From: a virus
Taxonomy: Duplodnaviria > Caudoviricetes
Length of the DNA: 40,348 nucleotides
Strand: one strand, 5' to 3'
Virus record (IMG/VR): IMGVR_UViG_3300020195_000069
Location: 1 to 40,348 of that record
Below are positions 17,457-26,274 of the stretch, in pieces. Numbering within the stretch: position 1 is the first letter of the stretch; every line of letters starts with the position of its first letter. The notes beneath the pieces were generated by a model that was given only the letters and a program-made list of their open reading frames with translations, had not been told where the DNA came from and searched no databases. The translations under genes were made by a program, and so were the position numbers.

Positions 17457-18695
17457 TTAGTAGCTGATCGAGTGGAGGATGCCGTTACGTGTTGGCGCAT
17501 GCCAAACAACTTCACCCCGGAAGAGCACGTCGATGATGTACTGGTAGCCGGTGGTGTTACGCACCGTGTAGAACTCTTTGCCTTCTGGCGTCTTGTGCTT
17601 CTTAACGCCACCGTTCGAGTAGATCTTCACCGAGCCCTTGTCGAAGGCGACAATCTCGGTGTCATCCCACTCTTGAACTGCACAGATCGACAGGGATTCT
17701 CCTGTGGTCGTGGAGGCGATGGTTGTCTCCCACCAGCCGAACTCATTCCTCTTCGGATCGGAGACCACCTTGAATGCACCCTTGGTGATCTGCTGGCTCT
17801 TCATGCAAGAGCCCCAATGCTTGAAGCTCATGACCAGCTTGTCGGCATTGCCGCGAGCCTTCTTACGCACGTTGACGTAGAAGTCGAAGAGCTTCTCCAG
17901 GATGTTCGACGCCGTGACGTCCGAGCCCGAGAGGTTGATCGCCTGAAGGTAGGGGTAGTCGAGTTTAGTCTTGCCGTGGAGAGTCGCTGCTCCGCCGTTG
18001 GCCGAAGACAGAAGGGCTGAACGCATCGACGTGAAGGTTCCGGACTCACCACCTGGGTGGTAGAACTTAGCTCCTTGAGCGATGGTGTAAGCCGACAGGT
18101 CGGCTGCTGCTCCACCGCGAGAGAGAGAGAAGGTCGCTTTGTCCAAGTTGAGGTCAATCGCTTTCACGTAGACAGAGACAGAACCGGCTGAGTCCTTAAG
18201 GACCAGCTTCTGACCCTTGTTGAGCCGCTCAATGCGGTTCAGCGTATAGATGCCGCTTGCCGAAGAAGCTTCTGCCGTAACAGTCGCAACCGACGGGCCA
18301 GCCATCATCTGGTGGGAGAGAGCTTCCTTGAAGAACGTCATGCCTGGGCCAACGGTACGGTCCATGACGTCCAAGAATGTGGACTCAGGGATCTTGCCGT
18401 CATGCTCAGCCAAGTCTTCTTGGTTGAAGATTAGCGAGTGAGCCGCTTTCACCTGAGTCGTCACTTCACCGCGAACGAAGTCAGCTTCGGCGATGTCGTT
18501 AGACGCGGTCAGCGAGTTGAAGGAGATCGAGGTAGGTGGGTTGCCTTCGAAGGGAACCGGCATTGTGCCGCCCTTCCAGTTTTGAACATGCTCGATTTCC
18601 GAGAAGAACCACATGCGCTTGACCAGTTCTTCGGTCAAGAGCTTGCCGGTGATGTATTCGTTCGACATCGAGGCAAAGGTACGTGCCAACGTCAT
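17457..18695 (-). CDS. Major capsid protein
   Basis: 412 aa; follows portal and scaffold; GGAG RBS; followed by a hairpin; C-terminal ...PTRNGILHSI typical of HK97-fold capsid ends. Confidence 0.75.
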   Translation of the reverse strand: MTLARTFASMSNEYITGKLLTEELVKRMWFFSEIEHVQNWKGGTMPVPFEGNPPTSISFNSLTASNDIAEADFVRGEVTTQVKAAHSLIFNQEDLAEHDGKIPESTFLDVMDRTVGPGMTFFKEALSHQMMAGPSVATVTAEASSASGIYTLNRIERLNKGQKLVLKDSAGSVSVYVKAIDLNLDKATFSLSRGGAAADLSAYTIAQGAKFYHPGGESGTFTSMRSALLSSANGGAATLHGKTKLDYPYLQAINLSGSDVTASNILEKLFDFYVNVRKKARGNADKLVMSFKHWGSCMKSQQITKGAFKVVSDPKRNEFGWWETTIASTTTGESLSICAVQEWDDTEIVAFDKGSVKIYSNGGVKKHKTPEGKEFYTVRNTTGYQYIIDVLFRGEVVWHAPTRNGILHSISY

Positions 18696-18709
18696 GGCGT
18701 ATGCTCCAT

Positions 18710-18795
18710 AGAGAAAGATTTGTTTTTGGGATTAGGGACTGACTCTGGAACCTTGGCGGGGTTGGTTCCGTCCCCAAAAACAAAGGGCTTTCTCT
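18710..18795 (-). promoter_or_regulatory. Long stem-loop in the capsid gene leader
   Basis: Nested inverted repeats: AGAGAAAG/CTTTCTCT, TTTGTTTTTGGG/CCCAAAAACAAA and GGAACC/GGTTCC. Confidence 0.6.
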
Positions 18796-18830
18796 CTGGA
18801 GATCGCATCTCTCGCAGAGAATCCTAGAAG

Positions 18831-19862
18831 CTACTCACCGGCAGCTTCGAGCTCTTTACGGCGTTTACGGATGTCCTCCATGGACGAGTAAACGCGTTTG
18901 ACGGGAGACGTTCCTGTCCCCTGCAAACTTGGAATGACTGGTTTTCTCGTAGGAGCTTGTAGCGGGGCTCCCTGCATCGGAGCACCATGCTGAAGTCCCT
19001 GTCCGGGGACCTGAGCATGGGCCTGGCCTTGAGGCATAGCTGGCGTGGCTTTGCCGATTAGCTTTAGTACTTCACGTGCGGCTTGCTCTACCGAGATGTC
19101 TTGTCCCATCCGCCAGTAGTAGTCGCCAGTGCGCTTGATCTGCTCGATGAATGCTCCGTTGCCGTGATGATCATCGAAGTCGGCAGCAGCACCTGAAACT
19201 TGAGTGTCGTAGCGCATGAGGAGACCGAGTTCTCTTTGCTTGAAGTCGGTTGCCTGTTGGATGGAGTCCTGCTGAGCACGAGACATCTGGTGTTGAGCAC
19301 CGTAGGCCTCCATACCTGCCGAAGCATTCTTCTCTAGCTGCGCTCTGGCCTCTGGGCTAGACGTCGCAAACTGGTAAGCCCACTTGAAGACCTCTTGCTG
19401 AGGAATGCCGATTAGCTTGAAGACGGCATCGAAGTTACCTTGGTCTCGGAAGTGAGCGACCTGCTGCACGGTCTCCATGACCGGCTGGTACTGCTGCTGG
19501 ATCTGTTGCTTGGTCTGTTGAAGCTCGCCACTGATCCTCTCACGGTCACTCTTCACGGCATCAAGGCCGTAGGCTCTCTCGTGGAGTTCTCTGACTTTCT
19601 TCTCAGTCTCAGGGTCTTTGACGACTCCATGAATCCAGTCGTCGAACTTCTTCTCAACTTGGCGGTGACTGGAAGGGTCTCTCATTCTGAACGTCAGGTT
19701 GGGCTGGTAGGGAGGAGGCACTACTGCACCTCCCTGACCAGCATCACCAGAATCTTCTGAAGAGGCCGATGGATCGGCTCCTTCAGTAGGCTCTGATGTC
19801 ACACTAGGCGTAGTGGGTTCCGAGGCCTGGACTTCTTCTGCACCGCTGGTCTGAATAGTCAT
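18831..19862 (-). CDS. Scaffolding protein (putative)
   Basis: Acidic disordered N-terminus, Gln-rich coiled coil and basic helical C-terminus; between portal and capsid; AAGGAG RBS. Confidence 0.65.
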   Translation of the reverse strand: MTIQTSGAEEVQASEPTTPSVTSEPTEGADPSASSEDSGDAGQGGAVVPPPYQPNLTFRMRDPSSHRQVEKKFDDWIHGVVKDPETEKKVRELHERAYGLDAVKSDRERISGELQQTKQQIQQQYQPVMETVQQVAHFRDQGNFDAVFKLIGIPQQEVFKWAYQFATSSPEARAQLEKNASAGMEAYGAQHQMSRAQQDSIQQATDFKQRELGLLMRYDTQVSGAAADFDDHHGNGAFIEQIKRTGDYYWRMGQDISVEQAAREVLKLIGKATPAMPQGQAHAQVPGQGLQHGAPMQGAPLQAPTRKPVIPSLQGTGTSPVKRVYSSMEDIRKRRKELEAAGE

Positions 19863-19876
19863 CGTTGCTCCTTGGC

Positions 19877-22012
19877 CTACATGGCCATTGGTGGAGGCAT
19901 GCTACCGGGTCCACCGGGTGGAAGGGGTAGCGTTCCCCCTCCTGGCATGCCGCCGTTCATCGTCATCCGTTGATCTGCCAAATCTGCCTGCACATTTGGA
20001 CTTAGAGAGCCCAGTTGAGAGAGTGAGGCTCCTTGTGCCTCAAGCCTTTTCTTCAGCCAGCCAAGAGAGTTCTGAGGGAACATGGCTCTTTTGGCAGAGG
20101 CACCAGGGTTGTTTGGATCTTCTGTGTACATGTCGCATTTGACGCCTGGACCATCCATGGGGATGTACTCAGACTGCTCAGCCAGGATCTTCTGTTGCTG
20201 CTGAGCTTGAAGCTCGACGTACTCTTGAATGCGTCTGTCATAGAGTTGTTGAATCTGAAGATCGAGGAAGCGGTAGTCTGGCTTCCTGATCCGACTCTCA
20301 AGCTTCTTAAGCATCTTGGCTGGATTGTCGGCTTTGCCGATCGGGGGATATTGACCCCTCTCCATGGCGAGCATGTCGTTTTTGACGTTCTCGTCGTCGA
20401 TGGTGAAGTCGGCAAACGCTTCTTTGGCATTGGCCCAAGGCATCTGCTGGAGGACTTTACCGAGTTCGTCTTTGTCGAGGTTCTTGCCGACGTACTGGAG
20501 GACGTTCTGGAAGGTGATCTGACGACCAAGCATGCTGTCGATGGTGTCGGATCTCGGCTCCAGGCGAATCTGGTAACGAAACGGAGTCGTCTTCCTGAAC
20601 TCTTCGAGGTTGATGAGCTCGCCTTTGCCGATAGCCGGGATCACAGCCGAGTCCGGCATGTAGTTCTTGGACATCTCGAGGAGAGTGGTGACGAAGTCGA
20701 TTAGGAACTGCTCAAACTTCTCAGCGTAGAGGCCATAGCGTTGTTGCTGGCTCGCTGCTCTGTAGAGGAGCGTCATCGGATCGAGCTGAGTCATCTTCTC
20801 TTCGGTCAGCTCGCTGAGCATGACGACCGAATACATCTCAGCGATCTGGGCTTGGATGTAGGCCAGGAACTGACTGCCGTCCCTACCGGGCAGTACCTCA
20901 GGGGTTCTACCCTGGTAGGAGATACCCCTAACGCCAGGCAGGAGAGCGCCTTGTTCAAGCTTGCTCCCCTTCTGATAGAGGATCTTGTCATCACCAATCG
21001 TAATTTGGTGCATGGCGAGTTGGGAACTAGCGCGGTTGATCTCGGCAATATAGGGACGGATCACTTTGATGATCGAACGTGCCCTAGCCGAGGTTGGAAA
21101 CTCGTCGAAGCCTCCCCAAAGGATCGGGAAGATGCCGAAGGGTAGAGGGCCCTCTTCGAGCACCGTGTCACAGGCCATGATGTAGAAGTAGCCTTCTGGA
21201 TACTGCCTACATGGACGGAAGTAGAATTCCTTTATCAGGACTTCGTCTTGCGTCTTCTTGTAGCTCGATCGCATGGGCTCGAAGACGACGAACTCTTCTT
21301 TGCCACTGCCCGAGAGCGACTTGATCTTCTCTTCGTCGTCTTTGTAGCGCTCGACCAGCTTCTTCTTTTGAACGGTCTTCCTAACGCCTAGCCAAGGAGA
21401 GTCCCGCATCGACTTGGAGCAAGAATCCCGAAAGAGGTTGGCTGGGAAGATGTCTTCCACCTCGAACTTACCTTCGAAGACCGGCTTCTCTTCGTCAGGA
21501 AGAGGCTCTCCAGTCGTTTGGTCGAAGAGTGGCTGACCGTTTTCGTCAGCCGCTTGCTCGTTGCCGATGATCCGGCCGCTGTCAGGGTTCCACCTGAGGA
21601 ACACACAGAGCTCGCCGACAGCCGAGAAGTCCAGTGCCCACTGACGGTAGCGTTCTTTCAAACGGTAGTCGACCTTGTGCTGGGTGTAGACCGCTTGGTT
21701 CAGATCAGCGTCTTTTTGGTCCTGAAGGTCTGTGTCGTTCTGAGGCATACAGACGACTCCAGGCGCATTGGCCAGGATCGATGTGCCGTAGTGACGAACG
21801 ACTTTATGGACATGGTTCTTGACCAGTCGGAGCTTCAGCGATTCAGACGCTCTGGCCGACTTATCGCGGTAGTCGTTGTCACGATCTTTTTTGGAGTAGT
21901 GGTCACCGGCCAGGAGCATGACGTTGGAGCGCATCTCAGTGAAGACTTCGCGGTCTACCGCTTCGCCGTCGTCGTAAAGATTGTTCAGCTCCGAAACGCT
22001 ATGTTTCTTCAT
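19877..22012 (-). CDS. Portal protein
   Basis: 711 aa downstream of TerL; LVKNHV...P...D-KDA N-terminal pattern, GPLPFGIFP motif and Pro/Gln-rich tail, as in P22-like portals. Confidence 0.8.
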   Translation of the reverse strand: MKKHSVSELNNLYDDGEAVDREVFTEMRSNVMLLAGDHYSKKDRDNDYRDKSARASESLKLRLVKNHVHKVVRHYGTSILANAPGVVCMPQNDTDLQDQKDADLNQAVYTQHKVDYRLKERYRQWALDFSAVGELCVFLRWNPDSGRIIGNEQAADENGQPLFDQTTGEPLPDEEKPVFEGKFEVEDIFPANLFRDSCSKSMRDSPWLGVRKTVQKKKLVERYKDDEEKIKSLSGSGKEEFVVFEPMRSSYKKTQDEVLIKEFYFRPCRQYPEGYFYIMACDTVLEEGPLPFGIFPILWGGFDEFPTSARARSIIKVIRPYIAEINRASSQLAMHQITIGDDKILYQKGSKLEQGALLPGVRGISYQGRTPEVLPGRDGSQFLAYIQAQIAEMYSVVMLSELTEEKMTQLDPMTLLYRAASQQQRYGLYAEKFEQFLIDFVTTLLEMSKNYMPDSAVIPAIGKGELINLEEFRKTTPFRYQIRLEPRSDTIDSMLGRQITFQNVLQYVGKNLDKDELGKVLQQMPWANAKEAFADFTIDDENVKNDMLAMERGQYPPIGKADNPAKMLKKLESRIRKPDYRFLDLQIQQLYDRRIQEYVELQAQQQQKILAEQSEYIPMDGPGVKCDMYTEDPNNPGASAKRAMFPQNSLGWLKKRLEAQGASLSQLGSLSPNVQADLADQRMTMNGGMPGGGTLPLPPGGPGSMPPPMAM

Positions 22013-22445
22013 CCATCCCCGCCAAACCTAGGAGGTGCTGATCTATCAGCCGTGTCTCGAAGGCGACGGGATCATCGAGAAGCTGCTGCTCCTCGGCGAA
22101 TTTCTCCACAAGGTCTCTAGGCACCCTGGGAGGACTCTGGCCCTCGCCTATCGGTGCTGAGTCCCTAGCGGAGGAGTCAGCGTAGTCTGAATTATCGGGG
22201 AGCGACTCTACCTGGCGTGGAGAGCCTGAATAAAAGCGGACATCAAGGTCTCCGATTTTCAATCGAGAGACGCCGCATTCACTTGCTAGTTTGATTAGCT
22301 TATAGATTGACGTCTGAGTAAGAGTCTTGTCAAGCTCAGGTGCCTTCCATCTGCTCGTTCCAGAAGGCGATTTCTTCTGTGAAGCCCCAATCTTCTCGTT
22401 GTTCTTCGTCGTCGAGAGATCCTCTTTGCTTAAGTTCCTCGGCAT
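21999..22445 (-). CDS. Hypothetical protein between TerL and portal
   Basis: Fills the gap between the genes. The ATG start implies a 110-nt overlap with terL, so the start is uncertain. Confidence 0.55.
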   Translation of the reverse strand: MPRNLSKEDLSTTKNNEKIGASQKKSPSGTSRWKAPELDKTLTQTSIYKLIKLASECGVSRLKIGDLDVRFYSGSPRQVESLPDNSDYADSSARDSAPIGEGQSPPRVPRDLVEKFAEEQQLLDDPVAFETRLIDQHLLGLAGMDEET

Positions 22446-25011
22446 GTTGCTCTTCCTCTGTTAGGGCTCTCCGCACTTTCTTCTGGGTGGAGTCTGGGGC
22501 TTTCCCTTGGATCATTGTCCAGTCCCAGGGGATGTCGACGGTGGCATAGCGGACGCAATCACAGTTTGCGACCAAGATGCCGTTGGCAAAGTACTCGTGG
22601 TGCTCACCTACCGTCAGGTTGAAGACTGGCTCAGTCCTTCCTGAACCTTTGACGCTGAGAGCATTGGGAAGAGCAGTTTGCGGTCTTTGCGTACTTGTTC
22701 GCCGAGAATTCGCTCCGACAAAATTTACACATACGTTTCTCTTCATCCAGACCCGCATGTCGTCTCCAAGAAGACTTGCAGGCGTTTGAGCAGAAGCGAG
22801 ACTTGCTGTGCATGACCTTGGTACTGAAAGGCTTGCTGCAATGTTCGCAAAGGAGGTTCTGAACTTGAGCATTAGCCCAAATCTTCTTGCCGTTTGCTGA
22901 ATGCTGAGCGAAGCCATCTGGAGAACTGTGCCAAGGAGCCGCCAAAGGGGATGCTGGATAGCGCCTGAATTTGATGCCGTTGAAGGTGACGACTTCGGCC
23001 TTAGACTTTTGACGTAGTTCCAAAGTCTCAACTCCTCAAACTGATCTTGCTTGTCGAACGAGCCGATTGAGCGGAAGGAAGTGCCATCGAAGAAGCGGTG
23101 GTTCTCGGTGCTTCGGACGTGCCTTTTCCCACACCGATAGAGCCTAGTAAATCCTTTCCGGACCGATTTGGCAGTGACTGGACGCCAGCCAAAGCGAGTC
23201 AAAACGCGGTCTCCAACAAGGACGTCTTCTATCTTCCTTAGGCCGGTTTCCGTAGCAATGAGGGTGTCACCTGAGAAGCACGCATCATCGACAGCGGATC
23301 TTTTGTCCGTATCTCGCATCAAGGTCAGCATCTCTTCGCCGACTTTCCTGATCTCAGGGGTATCGAAGAGAAAGAGCATGTCGTTTTGGAAGAGGGTGTT
23401 GACCACCTCTTCGCCTCTCGCATGGTTCTTATCGGCTTCGACGAAGCTCTCGCTGTTTCTATCCGAGATGATGCGGAAGTCTTTCGAGTGGTAGTCGTAC
23501 TTCTCGACGGTCATCTGGTCTGAGCTACGTTCGACGACATAAGAGTTGTAGACGTCGCCAGCAGTCGTCTGCTCGTCGTCTAAGCGCCTGCCTTTGTAGA
23601 CGTAGCCCAGACGGAAATCAGGTCTTACAGCAACGAAGTAGAAGGCTGCCGGGTGGTTCTTTCTCTTTTTCTTTTCACCGCTATCACCTGAGCCAACATC
23701 GACGGCTGAGTAGCGAAACCAGTCAGCCGGAATGGTCTTTGGCTCCACATAGTGCTTTGTCGGATCAAAGGCGTGGTACTTCCTTCCAGATTCAGGAGCG
23801 AACTTGCCCTCAATCCGGCGAAGTTTCTGAGCCTCACTGGAACATGCTTTTTCCTGCTTTTGAATCTCTTCTTCGGTGTAGAGACCTGGAGAGCCGTCAT
23901 CAAAGACGAGGCAATCACGCTTACCGATCTGCATCTTCAAGGCATCGGTAAACATCTCGGAGGCACCTTCACCTTCGAGAGCTCTCCACCACATAGGCTG
24001 GTTAAGAGTCGCAGTGAAAGCAGCAGAGAAGTAGCCACCAGTCGCAGAGAGACGCTGGTAGGCCTCATCCCAGAACTTCACCGGCATCTCTTCGTCACAG
24101 TTATGGACCAAGATGCCATGAGCAAAGTAGGTGTGCGAGTCAGCTACAGTGAGGTTGATGACCTCGACTTTGGACTCTAAGGGTATGACGGCATTCGACA
24201 GAACATGTACGTCTGTTCCAAGAACTGTAAGTGAGACGTCAGTATTCCTCAACTCCTCGAATGGTATCCAACCCCTGTTCTCTGTCCAAAATGGATGATT
24301 GCCAGTAGCGGTTACCGTCTCTCCATTCGAGAAGGATCGACTGATAACGTCAGCTTGGCGGCGCATGACATTCTCAACCCTCTGTGGCCCAGACGAACTC
24401 ATTACGAGATCGCCAACCTTTAGACTCTCTATTGGAGCAGGACCGTTTGGTGTGCTTACCGGCGTTCCAGCAGGAAAACACCCCATGTCCCAGACAGTCG
24501 CTGACTGGACGTTGATCGTCGACTTAGCGAAGGCCAGGAACTGAAGATAGACGCCTGAGTTGAAGATGATGCCCTTCACCTCATGCCATCTACCGTTCTT
24601 CTCTTTGCCGTCTACCTTCCAGCCGTATTGCCTCGAATTCTTGAAGTCACCCTGTGGGAGCCAACGCAGCCACTTGATATTGAACTCACGGTCAATCGTC
24701 AGCTCGTCGGTCATCCAGTACCAGAAAAGGTCCGGCTTCCGTCCTGGCCAGAGTGTTTCCCAGAGTTCTAGGTTGGTTGACCTGTTTATCTTGTCCCACA
24801 GATGGACCACCGACTTTCCGACCTGATTCGCACAAGAGTAGAGGCGCATAGGGACAGCGCTCTCGAAGAAAGCACGCTGCCAGAAGTACCACTTGTGCCC
24901 ATAGAGGAATGGAAGCCCATCTTTGAACTCCTCTTGCCTCAGAATAAGTGTCTTCCGCTTCTCAGCCAGAAGACGCATCTCAGATGTAGACAGTGGTCTC
25001 TGGGATTTCAC
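22336..25011 (-). CDS. terL: Terminase large subunit containing two inteins (891-aa precursor, about 525 aa spliced)
   Basis: Walker A-like ANQVGKS; Walker B (C)DEE; RNase H-like AVDVG and DDA(C)DCVRY; two Hint-domain insertions. Confidence 0.92.
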   Translation of the reverse strand: MKSQRPLSTSEMRLLAEKRKTLILRQEEFKDGLPFLYGHKWYFWQRAFFESAVPMRLYSCANQVGKSVVHLWDKINRSTNLELWETLWPGRKPDLFWYWMTDELTIDREFNIKWLRWLPQGDFKNSRQYGWKVDGKEKNGRWHEVKGIIFNSGVYLQFLAFAKSTINVQSATVWDMGCFPAGTPVSTPNGPAPIESLKVGDLVMSSSGPQRVENVMRRQADVISRSFSNGETVTATGNHPFWTENRGWIPFEELRNTDVSLTVLGTDVHVLSNAVIPLESKVEVINLTVADSHTYFAHGILVHNCDEEMPVKFWDEAYQRLSATGGYFSAAFTATLNQPMWWRALEGEGASEMFTDALKMQIGKRDCLVFDDGSPGLYTEEEIQKQEKACSSEAQKLRRIEGKFAPESGRKYHAFDPTKHYVEPKTIPADWFRYSAVDVGSGDSGEKKKRKNHPAAFYFVAVRPDFRLGYVYKGRRLDDEQTTAGDVYNSYVVERSSDQMTVEKYDYHSKDFRIISDRNSESFVEADKNHARGEEVVNTLFQNDMLFLFDTPEIRKVGEEMLTLMRDTDKRSAVDDACFSGDTLIATETGLRKIEDVLVGDRVLTRFGWRPVTAKSVRKGFTRLYRCGKRHVRSTENHRFFDGTSFRSIGSFDKQDQFEELRLWNYVKSLRPKSSPSTASNSGAIQHPLWRLLGTVLQMASLSIQQTARRFGLMLKFRTSFANIAASLSVPRSCTASLASAQTPASLLGDDMRVWMKRNVCVNFVGANSRRTSTQRPQTALPNALSVKGSGRTEPVFNLTVGEHHEYFANGILVANCDCVRYATVDIPWDWTMIQGKAPDSTQKKVRRALTEEEQHAEELKQRGSLDDEEQREDWGFTEEIAFWNEQMEGT
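22564..23280 (-). mobile_element. Intein 2 (239 aa) in the TerL nuclease domain
   Basis: Block A CFSGDTLI, block B STENHRF, block F/G PVFNLTVGEHHEYFANGILVAN, Cys+1. Splits DDA|CDCVRY. Penultimate residue is Ala, not His. Confidence 0.9.
22631..23023 (-). CDS. Out-of-frame gene nested in intein 2: double Cys4 zinc-finger protein, probably HNH-endonuclease-derived
   Basis: TTG start with GAGGAG 8 nt upstream; CEHC...FCSNAC and CKFC...NCSSQC repeats; ORF ends coincide with the intein endonuclease slot. Confidence 0.75.
   Translation of the reverse strand: MELRQKSKAEVVTFNGIKFRRYPASPLAAPWHSSPDGFAQHSANGKKIWANAQVQNLLCEHCSKPFSTKVMHSKSRFCSNACKSSWRRHAGLDEEKRMCKFCRSEFSANKYAKTANCSSQCSQRQRFRKD
24100..24480 (-). 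mobile_element. Mini-intein 1 (127 aa) at the TerL Walker B motif
   Basis: CFPAGTPV...ATGNHPF...VINLTVADSHTYFAHGILVHN|CDEE: canonical blocks A, B, F and G, His-Asn end, Cys+1. Confidence 0.92.
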
Positions 25012-25226
25012 TCCCCAATGCCTTGCTTGATTAGATCATCAACGAAGAACCAAACCCTCTTCCTCGATTCAGGCTTGAGAGAGCGAAGCTGGTCTCGGAT
25101 GTCTCTGATGGTGTCTAGCTCTAAGCATAAATGGTCGATGACCATCTCTTGTGTGTCTTGGCATTCACGTTCCATGAACTCACCTTCCTCTTTGTAGAAA
25201 GTCTTGGCGTTCTCGAGCCAGGTCAC
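25008..25226 (-). CDS. Hypothetical protein (72 aa)
   Basis: GTGA overlaps with both neighbours. Confidence 0.6.
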   Translation of the reverse strand: MTWLENAKTFYKEEGEFMERECQDTQEMVIDHLCLELDTIRDIRDQLRSLKPESRKRVWFFVDDLIKQGIGE

Positions 25227-25984
25227 GTTTCTTTGTCCTCAGGGATGATGGTGCCGTCGATGATCGCGCCTTCTTCTAGCTCAGGCATCGTGTTGGCTAC
25301 CGTCTCGATCCGACCAAGCATCGCCTTGATCTCATCCATCTCAGAAGAGATCGACCTAGATCCTTGGTCAGTGAGTGAGATGTTCACGTTCTTTGATTGG
25401 ATCTCTTGCCTTTGAACAACAGCACCATGCAGACGGTTCTGAAGACCCTCAACAATGGCCCTGATCTCTTTCACAAGAGAGACGTTCGTCCGCTTCTCGC
25501 AGTGAAGCTCACCAGTCTTGTCTTTCCAGTAACGCTTCTCGACCAAAGGGAGCTTCAAGACCTTGCGAAGCTTCTTGTGACCCAACTCTAGGAGTTCTTG
25601 CCAGACAAGGATCTCAGCCGTTGGCGGGGTAATCACCCAAGCCAAGATCTCTGGACGTCCCACTACCTGCTTTTGCCAGTAGCTCATAGAGCAGACGCCG
25701 AACTGAATGTTCGATAGCACCATGTGGCTTTGCTTCACACGCTGACAACGCCTGAACTCATTCCAGAAGCTGATCTTCACCCTCCTCTGCACATCGTCAG
25801 GACGACGAAGGAGCTCATTCTCAGTCTTCTCCAGCAGCTCAGGTGGAAGCTCTTCAACCGCCCGCTGAGCCGCTGGACAAGAATTGAGAAGACGAAAGAG
25901 CGAGTAAGACCCCTCCTTCGAGAAAAGATCAACCTCTTCATCAGGCATCACCGGATCTACCGGAGCAATAGACGTCAAACTCAC
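25223..25984 (-). CDS. Putative terminase small subunit
   Basis: 253 aa helical protein two genes upstream of TerL, with a C-terminal beta-strand then acidic tail. Assignment from position only. Confidence 0.45.
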   Translation of the reverse strand: MSLTSIAPVDPVMPDEEVDLFSKEGSYSLFRLLNSCPAAQRAVEELPPELLEKTENELLRRPDDVQRRVKISFWNEFRRCQRVKQSHMVLSNIQFGVCSMSYWQKQVVGRPEILAWVITPPTAEILVWQELLELGHKKLRKVLKLPLVEKRYWKDKTGELHCEKRTNVSLVKEIRAIVEGLQNRLHGAVVQRQEIQSKNVNISLTDQGSRSISSEMDEIKAMLGRIETVANTMPELEEGAIIDGTIIPEDKET

Positions 25985-26170
25985 TTAGTGCCTCCAATCT
26001 TCTTTAGGAACAGCAGGAAGAAAGCCTGGCTTCTTCAAGACCGCCGAAGTGTCACGTTGTCTGGCACCTTTGCCACACATCGGACACTCGCTAGGTAGAG
26101 CAACACGGTCACCGTAGTCCCTAGTGAAAGGACAAGTGTGACAACGGAAGCGGTAAGTGACTTGGGTCAA
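25985..26170 (-). CDS. FmdB-like zinc-ribbon protein
   Basis: YRFRCHTC...ECPMCG...RQ pattern; GGAG RBS upstream of TTG. Confidence 0.6.
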   Translation of the reverse strand: MTQVTYRFRCHTCPFTRDYGDRVALPSECPMCGKGARQRDTSAVLKKPGFLPAVPKEDWRH

Positions 26171-26274
26171 GGAACATTCTCCGTCATGCGTTCGTCAGCA
26201 CATGCCTTCCGACAAACATGACAGGATTAGCCCGAGGCCGAAACAGAAGCCGTTAACAACTTGAATGCCGAAGT

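Noticed and set aside
20033-21145. Long plus-strand ORFs antisense to the portal (and similar shadows over capsid, dnaB and fibre genes)
   Set aside because: Expected antisense shadows of biased coding sequence; no motifs or RBS, unlike the nested intein ORF.
24100-24480. Nested gene inside intein 1
   Set aside because: It is a mini-intein with no room for an insert; the only overlapping ORFs are antisense and lack motifs.
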